A stretch of 64,000 nt of DNA, taken from positions 1 to 64,000 of the forward strand of contig JAZKFH010000055.1 in assembly GCA_040386535.1 (NCBI GenBank), given 5' to 3'. The notes below the pieces were generated by a model. The model ran no database searches. It saw nothing but the letters and a program-made list of their open reading frames with translations, and was not told the DNA's origin. Numbering within the stretch: position 1 is the stretch's first letter; each line of letters opens with the position of its first letter. This DNA is from Myxococcota bacterium. Lineage in GTDB: Bacteria > Myxococcota_A > UBA796 > SXON01. The translations under genes and the position numbers were made by a program. Below, in pieces: positions 1-8,201 of this stretch.

Positions 1-18
1 GCGATCCGCCAGGGTCTT

Positions 19-921
19 GGTTCGCGATGGGTCCCCGTGCGGAGGGGATTGAAACACGGAGGTGTCGTCGCTGCCCGTCTCCGGGGTCTCGGGTTCGCGA
101 TGGGTCCCCGTGCGGAGGGGATTGAAACCTCGCGACAGGCACAGTGGCGGAAATGCCCGGCTTCGGTTCGCGATGGGTCCCCGTGCGGAGGGGATTGAAA
201 CCTCACCATGTTCCGGATCGTCGTAGCTAAGGGGAGGGTTGGGTTCGCGATCGGTCCCCGTGCGGAGGGGATTGAAACCCCAGCACATGGCGCCAGCGCT
301 CATGCCGCCAGGTTCGCGATGGGTCCCCGTGCGGAGGGGATTGAAACCGGAGGCGTGCGGTAGCGGCCTCCTCGTGGTCGGGTTCGCGATGGGTCCCCGT
401 GCGGAGGGGATTGAAACAGGACGCGGTAACCGAACACTGCCGCCACCAGGGTTCGCGATGGGTCCCCGTGCGGAGGGGATTGAAACGAGGGTGACGGGGC
501 CCTTCTCCAGGCCGATGTTCTGCGGGTTCGCGATGGGTCCCCGTGCGGAGGGGATTGAAACATGGCGGCGTCGGCGTTGGCTTGGTGGCCGATGCCTGGG
601 TTCGCGATGGGTCCCCGTGCGGAGGGGATTGAAACCACCGACCTTGTCGAGGAACACGAGAGTGCCAGGTTCGCGATGGGTCCCCGTGCGGAGGGGATTG
701 AAACGTGGGCGGCGTGCCACAACAGGAGGTACAGCCACAGGTTCGCGATGGGTCCCCGTGCGGAGGGGATTGAAACTCGAACAGAACGGATCCCATGCTC
801 GAGTAGATCGCAGGTTCGCGATGGGTCCCCGTGCGGAGGGGATTGAAACTTCTCCTGGATGTCGTCGAGCGACGCCCAGTTGTCCTGGGGTTCGCGATGG
901 GTCCCCGTGCGGAGGGGATTG
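19..921 (+). CRISPR. CRISPR array 1: 13 visible copies of the 37-bp repeat GGTTCGCGATGGGTCCCCGTGCGGAGGGGATTGAAAC and 12 complete spacers (32-40 bp); probably continues left of the window
   Basis: Repeats start at 19, 92, 165, 242 (1-nt variant), 311, 381, 450, 525, 599, 668, 740, 813 and 889. The last copy breaks after ...GGATTG at 921. The TCCCC/GGGGA hairpin and 3' ATTGAAAC handle give + orientation. Confidence 0.98.
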
Positions 922-1008
922 TGTAACCGCGCACGTCTGGCACGGTCGCAGCACGCACGTTTCTCGCGGCTCCTCGCCTCGCGGGAATGTAGGCAAGGGC
1001 ACGCTTGG

Positions 1009-1047
1009 CGTTCCGTTCCCGACGCTCCCTGGGGGCGGAACGGAACG
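1009..1047. other. Strong hairpin inside the element, downstream of the Zn-ribbon gene
   Basis: Perfect 11-bp inverted repeat CGTTCCGTTCC (1009-1019) / GGAACGGAACG (1037-1047) with further internal pairing. Confidence 0.55.
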
Positions 1048-1195
1048 ACGGCGCAGCTCGTTCCCGAGCCTCCGCCTCCGCCCGGTAGCTTGAGAGGGTC
1101 GGACCCCATCCAGCTCGGAAGCGGGAGATCCGCTGTCGCCATCCATGTCGCAAGTATGCGGGATCACGGATGGTGGGCGATTCCGGCCGCTCCGG

Positions 1196-1816
1196 TCACG
1201 CGACCGCGCCGTGGCGAACGTGTACGCGGGTGGCGTGGCCGGCCATGCCTTCGGGAGAGAAGTCCCTCCCTTGGACGCCGATCATCATCAGCGCGCGCTC
1301 GACCTCTTGCCGCCAGCCTCCGGCCAGGGGGAGGTGGCCCGGGAAGAGGCCCGAGAGGCGCGAGGCCCACCGGTAGGGTGTGCGCCATCGAGGCTTGTCC
1401 CCCTCGGGGCGGTCCGCGCCCTCGGGGGCGCAGACCGCCGTGCGGGCGTGCTCCTCCTTCCGCATCAGCGACCAGCTCGACCACCAGGCCGCGACGATGG
1501 CGCCGACGCTGTAGAGGCAGCCAGGGAGCACGCCGGGCGGGCGCACCAGGGTGCTCTTGCCGCACGACCGGCAGAGGAAGCGCCGCGACCAACAGCTGAC
1601 GCGGACGAAGCGGGGCCCTCCGTCGAAGACGGCCACGACCACCTCTCGCGTCCTCAGCCCGTTTCCTTCGAGGACGACAGTCCCGTCGAGTTGGCGGCCG
1701 ATCGCGGCGCAGTGAGGACAGAAGGCAGGACGGACGGCCGCGACGGGAGGAGCGACGGACAAGGCATGCAGGCTCGCTTTGGCAGCGGCCAGCGGAGCGG
1801 GAACGTGTTGGCACAT
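1196..1816 (-). CDS. Zn-ribbon protein (CPHC...CRSC), resembling DUF6431-type transposon accessory proteins
   Basis: AGGAG RBS before the ATG at 1816; 206 aa; two CxxC pairs and a C-terminal WRTPYRW helical motif. The ORF-track start at 2071 runs into the CRISPR array and is not credible. Confidence 0.65.
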   Translation of the reverse strand: MCQHVPAPLAAAKASLHALSVAPPVAAVRPAFCPHCAAIGRQLDGTVVLEGNGLRTREVVVAVFDGGPRFVRVSCWSRRFLCRSCGKSTLVRPPGVLPGCLYSVGAIVAAWWSSWSLMRKEEHARTAVCAPEGADRPEGDKPRWRTPYRWASRLSGLFPGHLPLAGGWRQEVERALMMIGVQGRDFSPEGMAGHATRVHVRHGAVA

Positions 1817-1979
1817 GGACTCCTGGGAGGAGGCCATCGAGTAGCCGGGCAGCGCGCACGGGCGGCGCGGTCGGAAACGGCCCCCAGCCGCGTCGGACGT
1901 GCGCAGGGAACGGCTGGTGGGCCGGGTTGAGCGTGAGCGCCTACACGACGGCAACGGCGTCACAACAGCCAGCATCGAA

Positions 1980-3480
1980 GTTTCAATCCCCTCCGCACGG
2001 GGACCCATCGCGAACCTGCGGTGTTCCAGGGCAACGAGATCAACGTGGGCAAGTTTCAATCCCCTCCGCACGGGGACCCATCGCGAACCCCGCGGAAGAC
2101 AAGGTCGATGCCCTTCATATGCTGAGTTTCAATCCCCTCCGCACGGGGACCCATCGCGAACCTCGTCGCTCTGGCCACGATCGCTGGCGCCGAATTTGGT
2201 TTCAATCCCCTCCGCACGGGGACCCATCGCGAACCTTGGTCGTCTACAGGTTGACGGCAAACGACATGCCCGTGTTTCAATCCCCTCCGCACGGGGACCC
2301 ATCGCGAACCGCTCGACCACGCCTTCCAGGGCACGGTCGGCAAGAAGTTTCAATCCCCTCCGCACGGGGACCCATCGCGAACCGACGGCGGCGCCACCTC
2401 GCAGACGAAGTTCGTCGGGTTCGGTTTCAATCCCCTCCGCACGGGGACCCATCGCGAACCACGGCATCACGTTCGTCACCGAGAGTGACGTGGTGACGTT
2501 TCAATCCCCTCCGCACGGGGACCCATCGCGAACCGTGAGTTGATGACCGAATAAGGATGGTTGTCGTTTCAATCCCCTCCGCACGGGGACCCATCGCGAA
2601 CCCGAGTTCACCATCGAGCGCGACAACATCGAGATCACGTTTCAATCCCCTCCGCACGGGGACCTATCGCGAACCGATGCGCGACGAAGACTCGCCGAGC
2701 TACGTGTACACGTTTCAATCCCCTCCGCACGGGGACCCATCGCGAACCATAACGGCAACGGCGCAAAGTTGCTGCGGTATGCCAGGTTTCAATCCCCTCC
2801 GCACGGGGACCCATCGCGAACCGCGATCAGCGTGAGCAATGGAAGGTGGTAGTGCAGGTTTCAATCCCCTCCGCACGGGGACCCATCGCGAACCGTTCAG
2901 GCGCAGATCCTCGAGAAGCTGCGCGAGCAGGGTTTCAATCCCCTCCGCACGGGGACCCATCGCGAACCACATTGAACTTTCAAATCACCTCACCCGGGAA
3001 CAAGTTTCAATCCCCTCCGCACGGGGACCCATCGCGAACCTTCGCGCTCATCAAGCTCGAACTCGATCCGCACGTCATGTTTCAATCCCCTCCGCACGGG
3101 GACCCATCGCGAACCTCATCGCGGCCGGCGACGACGCGGACGGGCAGCAGATGTTTCAATCCCCTCCGCACGGGGACCCATCGCGAACCGGGGGGGGCAA
3201 GGGGCGGGGGGATGGGGGGTGGGCGACGTTTCAATCCCCTCCGCACGGGGACCCATCGCGAACCTTCCTCGGTATCGCTTGCGACGCGCAGGAGCCCGCC
3301 ACGTTTCAATCCCCTCCGCACGGGGACCCATCGCGAACCGGCGGAGACGATGACCCTGACGGACCAGCAGACGTTTCAATCCCCTCCGCACGGGGACCCA
3401 TCGCGAACCCCGGGGAACGTGCGTCGATTCACGTCGACGTTAAGTTTCAATCCCCTCCGCACGGGGACCCATCGCGAACC
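1980..3480 (-). CRISPR. CRISPR array 2: 21 repeats (same repeat, reverse orientation), 20 spacers of 31-40 bp, plus an orphan 34-bp spacer-like segment at 1946-1979
   Basis: GTTTCAATCCCCTCCGCACGGGGACCCATCGCGAACC at 1980, 2053, 2126, 2199, 2274, 2347, 2424, 2498, 2566, 2639 (1-nt variant), 2712, 2786, 2858, 2932, 3004, 3079, 3153, 3228, 3303, 3373 and 3444. Confidence 0.98.
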
Positions 3481-3690
3481 TCCGGCCCCAAACCACCACC
3501 GTCCGAGGCCACGTATTCAAGCTGAAAAGACCAACCTCCCCGCTCCGTCGCAAGAGGGAAGCGTTCCGTCAGCACCGACAATACCACGCCCTCCCAGATT
3601 GTCAAAGATCCGCGGTCCTTTACTCCGCGCGGCGACGCCCGTCCAATCTCGACGACTGAACGCCGGCTTTTGAGGAGAGCGCCGCGTTGA
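3481..3690 (-). promoter_or_regulatory. CRISPR leader of array 2 with a sigma70-type promoter
   Basis: Minus strand: TTGACA (3605-3600), 16 nt, then TATTGT (3583-3578) with an extended-10 TG. The segment is non-coding and less GC-rich, lying between the RT stop and the first repeat. Confidence 0.8.
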
Positions 3691-4641
3691 TCAGACGCAC
3701 CCACGCAGCCTCCCCCCTGATGGCGCCAAGTCTACGCCGAGCACCGTGGCAGGCCAGGGCCCGTCCGCTCGGTGCATCCGGGTTTTCGAGTGGTTGAGAC
3801 GGAGCCCCACTCCGGCCAACACCTGCTCGATCCCCGCGAGCGCCTGTACGCCATCCCCTGGCACGAGCAGCGCGAAGTCGTCGGCGTACCGGACGGCGGC
3901 GGCGATCCGTCCCCGCCGCAGCTCCGAGACGATCCACGGGTCGACGCTCGCGCCGAAGTAGGCGTTGGACAGGGCCGGCGACACCGAGGTGCCGGTGGGC
4001 ACCCCCACCCCCGACTGCCAGGCGCGTAGCCAGCGCCCCACCAGCCACGAACAGAGCTCGTCGGCGACCCCGGCGCCCTGGGCTGGTGTGATCGGCCGAA
4101 CCGCGCTCGTTCCCCACGGGACCGAGGCCCACGGCGGCCCGCCCCACGGCAAGGCCTCCCACGCGCGCGCGCGCCACGGCACCCCACCAAGCAGCGCCCC
4201 CCACGGCAGGCCGCCCCGCGGCGCCCCGCCGGGACTCCAGCGCACCGGCCAAGCCCACCCCAACGCCCGCATGAGAACCCCATGATCCAACGAATCAAAC
4301 ATATCCGCGACATCGCATCGCAGCAACGTGAATTGCCTCGGTAGTGCCGCCCCGAGGCTCTCCACCGCGCCATGACGATCCTTCCCCACACGGTAGCCCC
4401 ACACATGCTTCGCAAGTCGCGCTTCCAAGTCTGGGTCGGCCAGGGCGCGCCAGGCGTCCATCACCACGCGGTCGCGCGGGGCGGGTTCCCCGATGTCCCG
4501 CACCTTGTCGCCCACGCGCAGCTTGTACCGTCGTAGGGGCGAGGGTGCGTAGGTGCGTGCGAGCACCTCCCGATGCAGGCGCCCGGTGGGATCCCCCGCA
4601 CGCGTGAGCAGCTCGGCCGTCCACCGTTCCGCGAAGGTCAC
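3691..4641 (-). CDS. Stand-alone CRISPR-associated reverse transcriptase (group II-like RT core, no thumb/maturase or Cas1 fusion)
   Basis: Motifs YAPSPLRR..RDIGEPAPRDRVV, WGYRVG, CDVADMFDSLDH, GVPTGTSVSPALSN, RYADD, GLRLNHSKT, VLG. Likely GTG start at 4641 overlaps the upstream stop (GTGA). Confidence 0.9.
   Translation of the reverse strand: MTFAERWTAELLTRAGDPTGRLHREVLARTYAPSPLRRYKLRVGDKVRDIGEPAPRDRVVMDAWRALADPDLEARLAKHVWGYRVGKDRHGAVESLGAALPRQFTLLRCDVADMFDSLDHGVLMRALGWAWPVRWSPGGAPRGGLPWGALLGGVPWRARAWEALPWGGPPWASVPWGTSAVRPITPAQGAGVADELCSWLVGRWLRAWQSGVGVPTGTSVSPALSNAYFGASVDPWIVSELRRGRIAAAVRYADDFALLVPGDGVQALAGIEQVLAGVGLRLNHSKTRMHRADGPWPATVLGVDLAPSGGRLRGCV
4114..4221. repeat. Degenerate 15-bp tandem repeat inside the RT gene, encoding xxPW-type pentapeptides
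   Basis: CCACG at 4114, 4129, 4144, 4159, 4174 and 4201, and CCGCGG at 4216. Protein reads GAPRGGLPWGALLGGVPWRARAWEALPWGGPPWASVPWG. Confidence 0.75.
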
Positions 4642-5024
4642 GAGATCCGCTCGAAGTGCCGCCTGGCAGCCCAGCCGACCGCCTCGGTCAGCGCGGCGGC
4701 GGTGCTTGCGTTGATGGTGTTTCCCCAGCCGAGAATCCAGCCGACGAGCCACTGTGACACGCCTCGCCCAGCGACCGTCGCCACGAACCCGAGCACGAAC
4801 TGGGTCGCCATGGCCTGGGTGAGGCTCACGCCGTAGGTGTCCGCGATGGAAATGACCATCGCCGCTTGGATTCCGGTGAGCACGGGGGCGTCGGCGCCGG
4901 GCACCTGGGCGAACCCGGCGCCGACCCCGGCGCTGGCGGCGGCGGCCGCGTGGATGATGGTGGAACAGTCACGGGTGGGTGGTTGCATATCGAGAAGACG
5001 CGGTGGAACCATCGGAACGGACAT
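4638..5024 (-). CDS. Small hydrophobic DUF697/EcsC-like protein (128 aa)
   Basis: IIHAAAAASAGVGAGFAQVPGADAPVLTGIQAAMVISIA...GWGNTINASTAAALTEAVG pattern. ATG at 5024 overlaps the cas2 stop (TGATG). Confidence 0.7.
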   Translation of the reverse strand: MSVPMVPPRLLDMQPPTRDCSTIIHAAAAASAGVGAGFAQVPGADAPVLTGIQAAMVISIADTYGVSLTQAMATQFVLGFVATVAGRGVSQWLVGWILGWGNTINASTAAALTEAVGWAARRHFERIS

Positions 5025-5302
5025 CAAATCAGGATCGGATCCGCGTGATCGCCGACGACGGGCGAGCAACCGATCAGCGCCGTGATCCCCGCGCACCCGC
5101 GGCAGAGTTGGTAGATCCGCACCGAATCGACCACGGGATCGATGGTGTCTCCGACCATCCGAGTCAATTCGCCCCAGCGTCGGTCGGGGAGGTGCCCCTC
5201 GAACACGCTCTTCTGTACGGGGCGCAGGAATCCCTTGAGGCGCTTGAACAGGCGTCCGCGTCGGGTATCGTCCACCACGTCGTAACAGAGCACGAGAACC
5301 AT
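5024..5302 (-). CDS. cas2: CRISPR-associated endonuclease Cas2
   Basis: 92 aa; LCYDVVDDTRR...VQKSVFEG...DSVRIY signature. Confidence 0.95.
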   Translation of the reverse strand: MVLVLCYDVVDDTRRGRLFKRLKGFLRPVQKSVFEGHLPDRRWGELTRMVGDTIDPVVDSVRIYQLCRGCAGITALIGCSPVVGDHADPILI

Positions 5303-5305
5303 GAT

Positions 5306-6340
5306 CTACCCAACCGCCGCGGGGACGAACGCGCTCGCCTCGCCCTCCACGACGCGCCGGAGCTGCTGCGCCTGGGAGGGAAACAGGCCAGCGAGCGTCC
5401 AGTCGCCTTCGAGCACGGGGTGGTGGGAACGCTCGGAGAGGCGCCGCGACCAGGCGCGTAGGAACACCTTGCGCCCGACCGGCCCCAGATAGGTGGCGCC
5501 GGGCTCCACCTCGCCCTCGTCGTTCACGTCACGCCCGGCCTCGGGCGGCGCGAAGTCCTCGGGGCCGAGCTGGCGCCGGTTGAGCAACGTGAGGACGAAG
5601 TTGTCCACGAGGGGGCGGAACGCCTCCGCGAAGTCGAGCGCAAAGGAGGGGCTGCCCCGCGACAGACCGTGGACGATCCCGAGCGAAGGGTCGAGGCCCG
5701 CCGTCCGGATCGCCTGCTCCGCGCGTGCGCAAAGGAGCGTATACCCATACGAGAGGCAGGCGTTGACCGGGTCGCGCGGGGGCCTGCGATTGCGGCCCGT
5801 CCACGTGAAGGCGGGGTTGGTGAGCAGCGCGGCGAAGCAGCCGAAGTAGCGCTGGGCGGCCATGCCCTCGATCCCCCGCACGGTGTCGAGATCCGGGGCC
5901 GTCTCCAGCCGAGTCCGGGCGCCGCGGAGCCAGGCGAGGGTGTCGGCGATGCCTTCGTCACGGAGGTGACGCTGCCGCAAGAGCAGGAGGGAACGCTGGT
6001 TCTCGAGCTTGCGCGCGATGAAGGAGCGGCCGAGCACGAGCGCGCGGGCCCCGTCGCACAGCAGCCGGTACTGCTCGACCCGACGGTCGGCCTGGGGGCT
6101 CTCCCACCCCACCAGCCGCCCGCGCACCCGCCCATCGAGCGTCAGGAACAGCGTGTCGATGTTCCGGGCGAGGAGGAAGTTGCGACCCGCGATCGTGAGG
6201 TCCGCGCCTCCGTACAGATGCACCTCGTCCACCTCGTGCGCCGGCACGGTACGGGTGACAATCCCCCGGCGCAGCACGACGATTGAGCTGCCGCGCGCGG
6301 AGAGCTCGCAATCCTGCTCGATCAGCGCCAGGAGCGACAT
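5306..6340 (-). CDS. cas1: CRISPR-associated integrase Cas1 (344 aa)
   Basis: RGIEGMAAQRYF, RNRRPPRDPVNACLSYGY, GLDPSLGIVH, ALDFAEAFRP. ATG at 6340 overlaps the CAPP stop. Confidence 0.95.
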   Translation of the reverse strand: MSLLALIEQDCELSARGSSIVVLRRGIVTRTVPAHEVDEVHLYGGADLTIAGRNFLLARNIDTLFLTLDGRVRGRLVGWESPQADRRVEQYRLLCDGARALVLGRSFIARKLENQRSLLLLRQRHLRDEGIADTLAWLRGARTRLETAPDLDTVRGIEGMAAQRYFGCFAALLTNPAFTWTGRNRRPPRDPVNACLSYGYTLLCARAEQAIRTAGLDPSLGIVHGLSRGSPSFALDFAEAFRPLVDNFVLTLLNRRQLGPEDFAPPEAGRDVNDEGEVEPGATYLGPVGRKVFLRAWSRRLSERSHHPVLEGDWTLAGLFPSQAQQLRRVVEGEASAFVPAAVG

Positions 6341-7998
6341 CAGCCCTCCCAACGCAGCGAGGGCACGCCCTCGTCGTCCTCCAGCACCCACTCGCCGCCG
6401 CTCACTGCCCACCGCCCGCCGGGCACCCGTCCGAGGCCCTCGACCGCCTCGGCGCGCAGCCGGCCGAGCTCCTCCTGTACCTGCCGCAGCCGGTCCTGGG
6501 CGCGTGCCAGGGCCTCGAGCGTCTCCTCGAGCGACCGGGCGGCGGGCTTCCGGGCCGCCTCGAGATCGGTGTGGAGGAGGGGGTGTGCGTACTGACCGGG
6601 CCGCACGGGTAGCACGCAATCGCAGCCGACGCGCGTGGCGACGTCGTGCAGCCGCTGGCGCACGCGGGCACAGGACACCGGGCTCCCGCGATGGGGCGCG
6701 CCCATGCGCAGCTCGGTTGGAAAACCGGGGACGCGCTCGTACGCGTAGTTCACCGCGCGCACGCCGTCGGGGAGGTGGCCGAGCGAGTGAGCGAGCACCA
6801 CCGCGGCGTCGCGCGAGAGACGACGCTCGGCGAGCGCCCCCTCGATGGTTGCGCGGATCACGGCGCACCCGCGCATGACCGGCCCGACGTGGGGCGAGGC
6901 GTCGAAGTCCGCCTCGGACCAGGCTCCCGGCAGGGCCATCGGCACCACGGGGGGCTCGGAGTCCGCCCGAACGGTGGCCGGGGGAGCCGCCCCCGACGGA
7001 GGTGACACGGGCACGGTAGGCAGTGGGATGCGGCGCACTTGGCGGAGCCGCGCCATCGGTGAGGGGAGGGGATCACCGGCGTCGTCGAGCAGGACCGAAC
7101 GCCGCCCGCTCCGGAGGTGGAGGCCGAGCGGCAGCTTGACCAGGTTGCCGACGCCGCCCGCGCGCAGCTTGCCCTGCTTGGGGAACGACTCGATGGCCAG
7201 GCGCGGAGACCCCGGCCGGAGCGCGCTCGCGACCGCCTTGCCCCACGCACACACCGCCTCCGCAGGCACGGGCGCGGGCAGGAAGCACCACAGGTGCCGC
7301 CCCTTCCACCCCGAGTCCTCCAGGATCGGGTCGAGCCCGAGCGCCCGCAGCTCGGTGAGCCATCGTGCCCCTTCCGCGGCCAGCTCCTGCCGCAACGACC
7401 GTGCCGCCGCCGGATCCGTGGCGACCGCCGCGATGGCCGCCTTGGTGGCGTCGATGTCGAAGCACACGACGCTACAGGTGTCGTCGGCGCGCACCAGGTA
7501 CAAGCCGAGCGTCATGGAGCCCGCGAGGTGTGCGCGGACCAGCTCGGGCGTGAGCGGCGCCTCCACGGGGCTGTACCCGACCTCGGCGCCGTTCCGCCAC
7601 ATGCGCGCGTGCAGGTCCTCGCGCCCCGAGTAGAGGTGGCAGTAGCGGACGAGATCCGAGTCGGAGGGCTCGTCCGCGTGTGGATCCGCGGGTGGTTCTT
7701 CCGGCTCGACCGCATCCGGTACCACCAGGCCCGCCCGCTTGCGGCACACGGCCGCCCGCTCCCTGTCCCCGCGCTCCTGGTGCAGCTCGGCCAGGGCGCT
7801 CCAGGCAACCGCGTCGTCGGGGGCCTGCCGCAGGACCAGCTGCCACGCGCGCATCGCGAGGGTCGCTTCACCCAGGCCTTCGGCCACGCGCGCGAGGCCG
7901 GCGGGATCGGCGGGGGCAGGGGAGGCGAGGGCTTCGAGCAACGCGGTGCGCGCCGCGACGAGGTCGCCGTCGAGGAACAGGGCTTTCGGATCGGGCAT
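6340..7998 (-). CDS. CRISPR-associated primase-polymerase (CAPP): N-terminal TPR, AEP domain, Cys-rich PriCT-like C-terminus
   Basis: TPR-like helices; AEP motifs CFDID, DSGWKGRHLW, ESFPKQ...GNLVKLPLG; C-terminal GC...SC...CDC...HPL. Likely start is MPDPK at 7998. Confidence 0.88.
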   Translation of the reverse strand: MPDPKALFLDGDLVAARTALLEALASPAPADPAGLARVAEGLGEATLAMRAWQLVLRQAPDDAVAWSALAELHQERGDRERAAVCRKRAGLVVPDAVEPEEPPADPHADEPSDSDLVRYCHLYSGREDLHARMWRNGAEVGYSPVEAPLTPELVRAHLAGSMTLGLYLVRADDTCSVVCFDIDATKAAIAAVATDPAAARSLRQELAAEGARWLTELRALGLDPILEDSGWKGRHLWCFLPAPVPAEAVCAWGKAVASALRPGSPRLAIESFPKQGKLRAGGVGNLVKLPLGLHLRSGRRSVLLDDAGDPLPSPMARLRQVRRIPLPTVPVSPPSGAAPPATVRADSEPPVVPMALPGAWSEADFDASPHVGPVMRGCAVIRATIEGALAERRLSRDAAVVLAHSLGHLPDGVRAVNYAYERVPGFPTELRMGAPHRGSPVSCARVRQRLHDVATRVGCDCVLPVRPGQYAHPLLHTDLEAARKPAARSLEETLEALARAQDRLRQVQEELGRLRAEAVEGLGRVPGGRWAVSGGEWVLEDDEGVPSLRWEG

Positions 7999-8050
7999 CG
8001 GTGGCCTCCGGGGAGGAGACGCGGCGGCGGGGGTTGTCGGACAGTCGGCG

Positions 8051-8063
8051 TTCAATGATTGAA
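8051..8063. promoter_or_regulatory. Palindromic candidate operator TTCAATGATTGAA between the divergent CAPP and cas6 genes
   Basis: Perfect 6-1-6 inverted repeat in the only AT-rich patch of the 7999-8201 intergenic region. Confidence 0.4.
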
Positions 8064-8201
8064 AAGAGCTATTCCTGATTCGGATCGGGGGCCGCGCCGC
8101 CGCACTCCCCGATCGCCCACCCCGCCGCGCGCGTCCGGTCCCCTGGCGCCCCGCTCCCTCGTCCCGCGACACGACCCCTCGCTTCATGGTACCCCGCCCC
8201 C

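Larger units (their letters stand above)
922..1945. mobile_element. Putative non-autonomous transposon (1024 bp) with TGTA...TACA ends and repeated subterminal sites
   Basis: Left end TGTAACCGCGCACG matches the reverse complement of the right end, TGTAGGCGCTCACG, at 11 of 14 positions. An 18-bp motif (GCGCACGT-N4-C-N-CGGC-like) occurs at 929-946 and 953-970 and, inverted, at 1887-1904 and 1921-1938. It abuts a broken repeat on the left and a spacer on the right. No transposase. Confidence 0.7.

Noticed and set aside
889..930. Last repeat of array 1 as an ordinary degenerate trailer repeat
   Set aside because: It is perfect for 33 nt and then switches abruptly to a TGTA end that matches the inverted end at 1945, which fits interruption better.
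227..3673. Many ORF-track proteins with repeating FQSPPHGDPSRT, VSIPSARGPIAN or GSRWVPVRRGLK
   Set aside because: These are translations of CRISPR repeats, not genes.
3691..4641. RT as a group II intron, retron or DGR
   Set aside because: No maturase/X domain or intron RNA, no msr-msd, and no TR/VR pair seen. It is coupled to the cas operon. The FGE-domain gene, a common DGR target fold, is about 59 kb away with no visible template repeat.
3190..8123. Self-targeting: the G-rich spacer shares 11 nt with 8113-8123
   Set aside because: Too short and low-complexity. No full spacer match within the window was noticed by eye, though this was not exhaustively tested.
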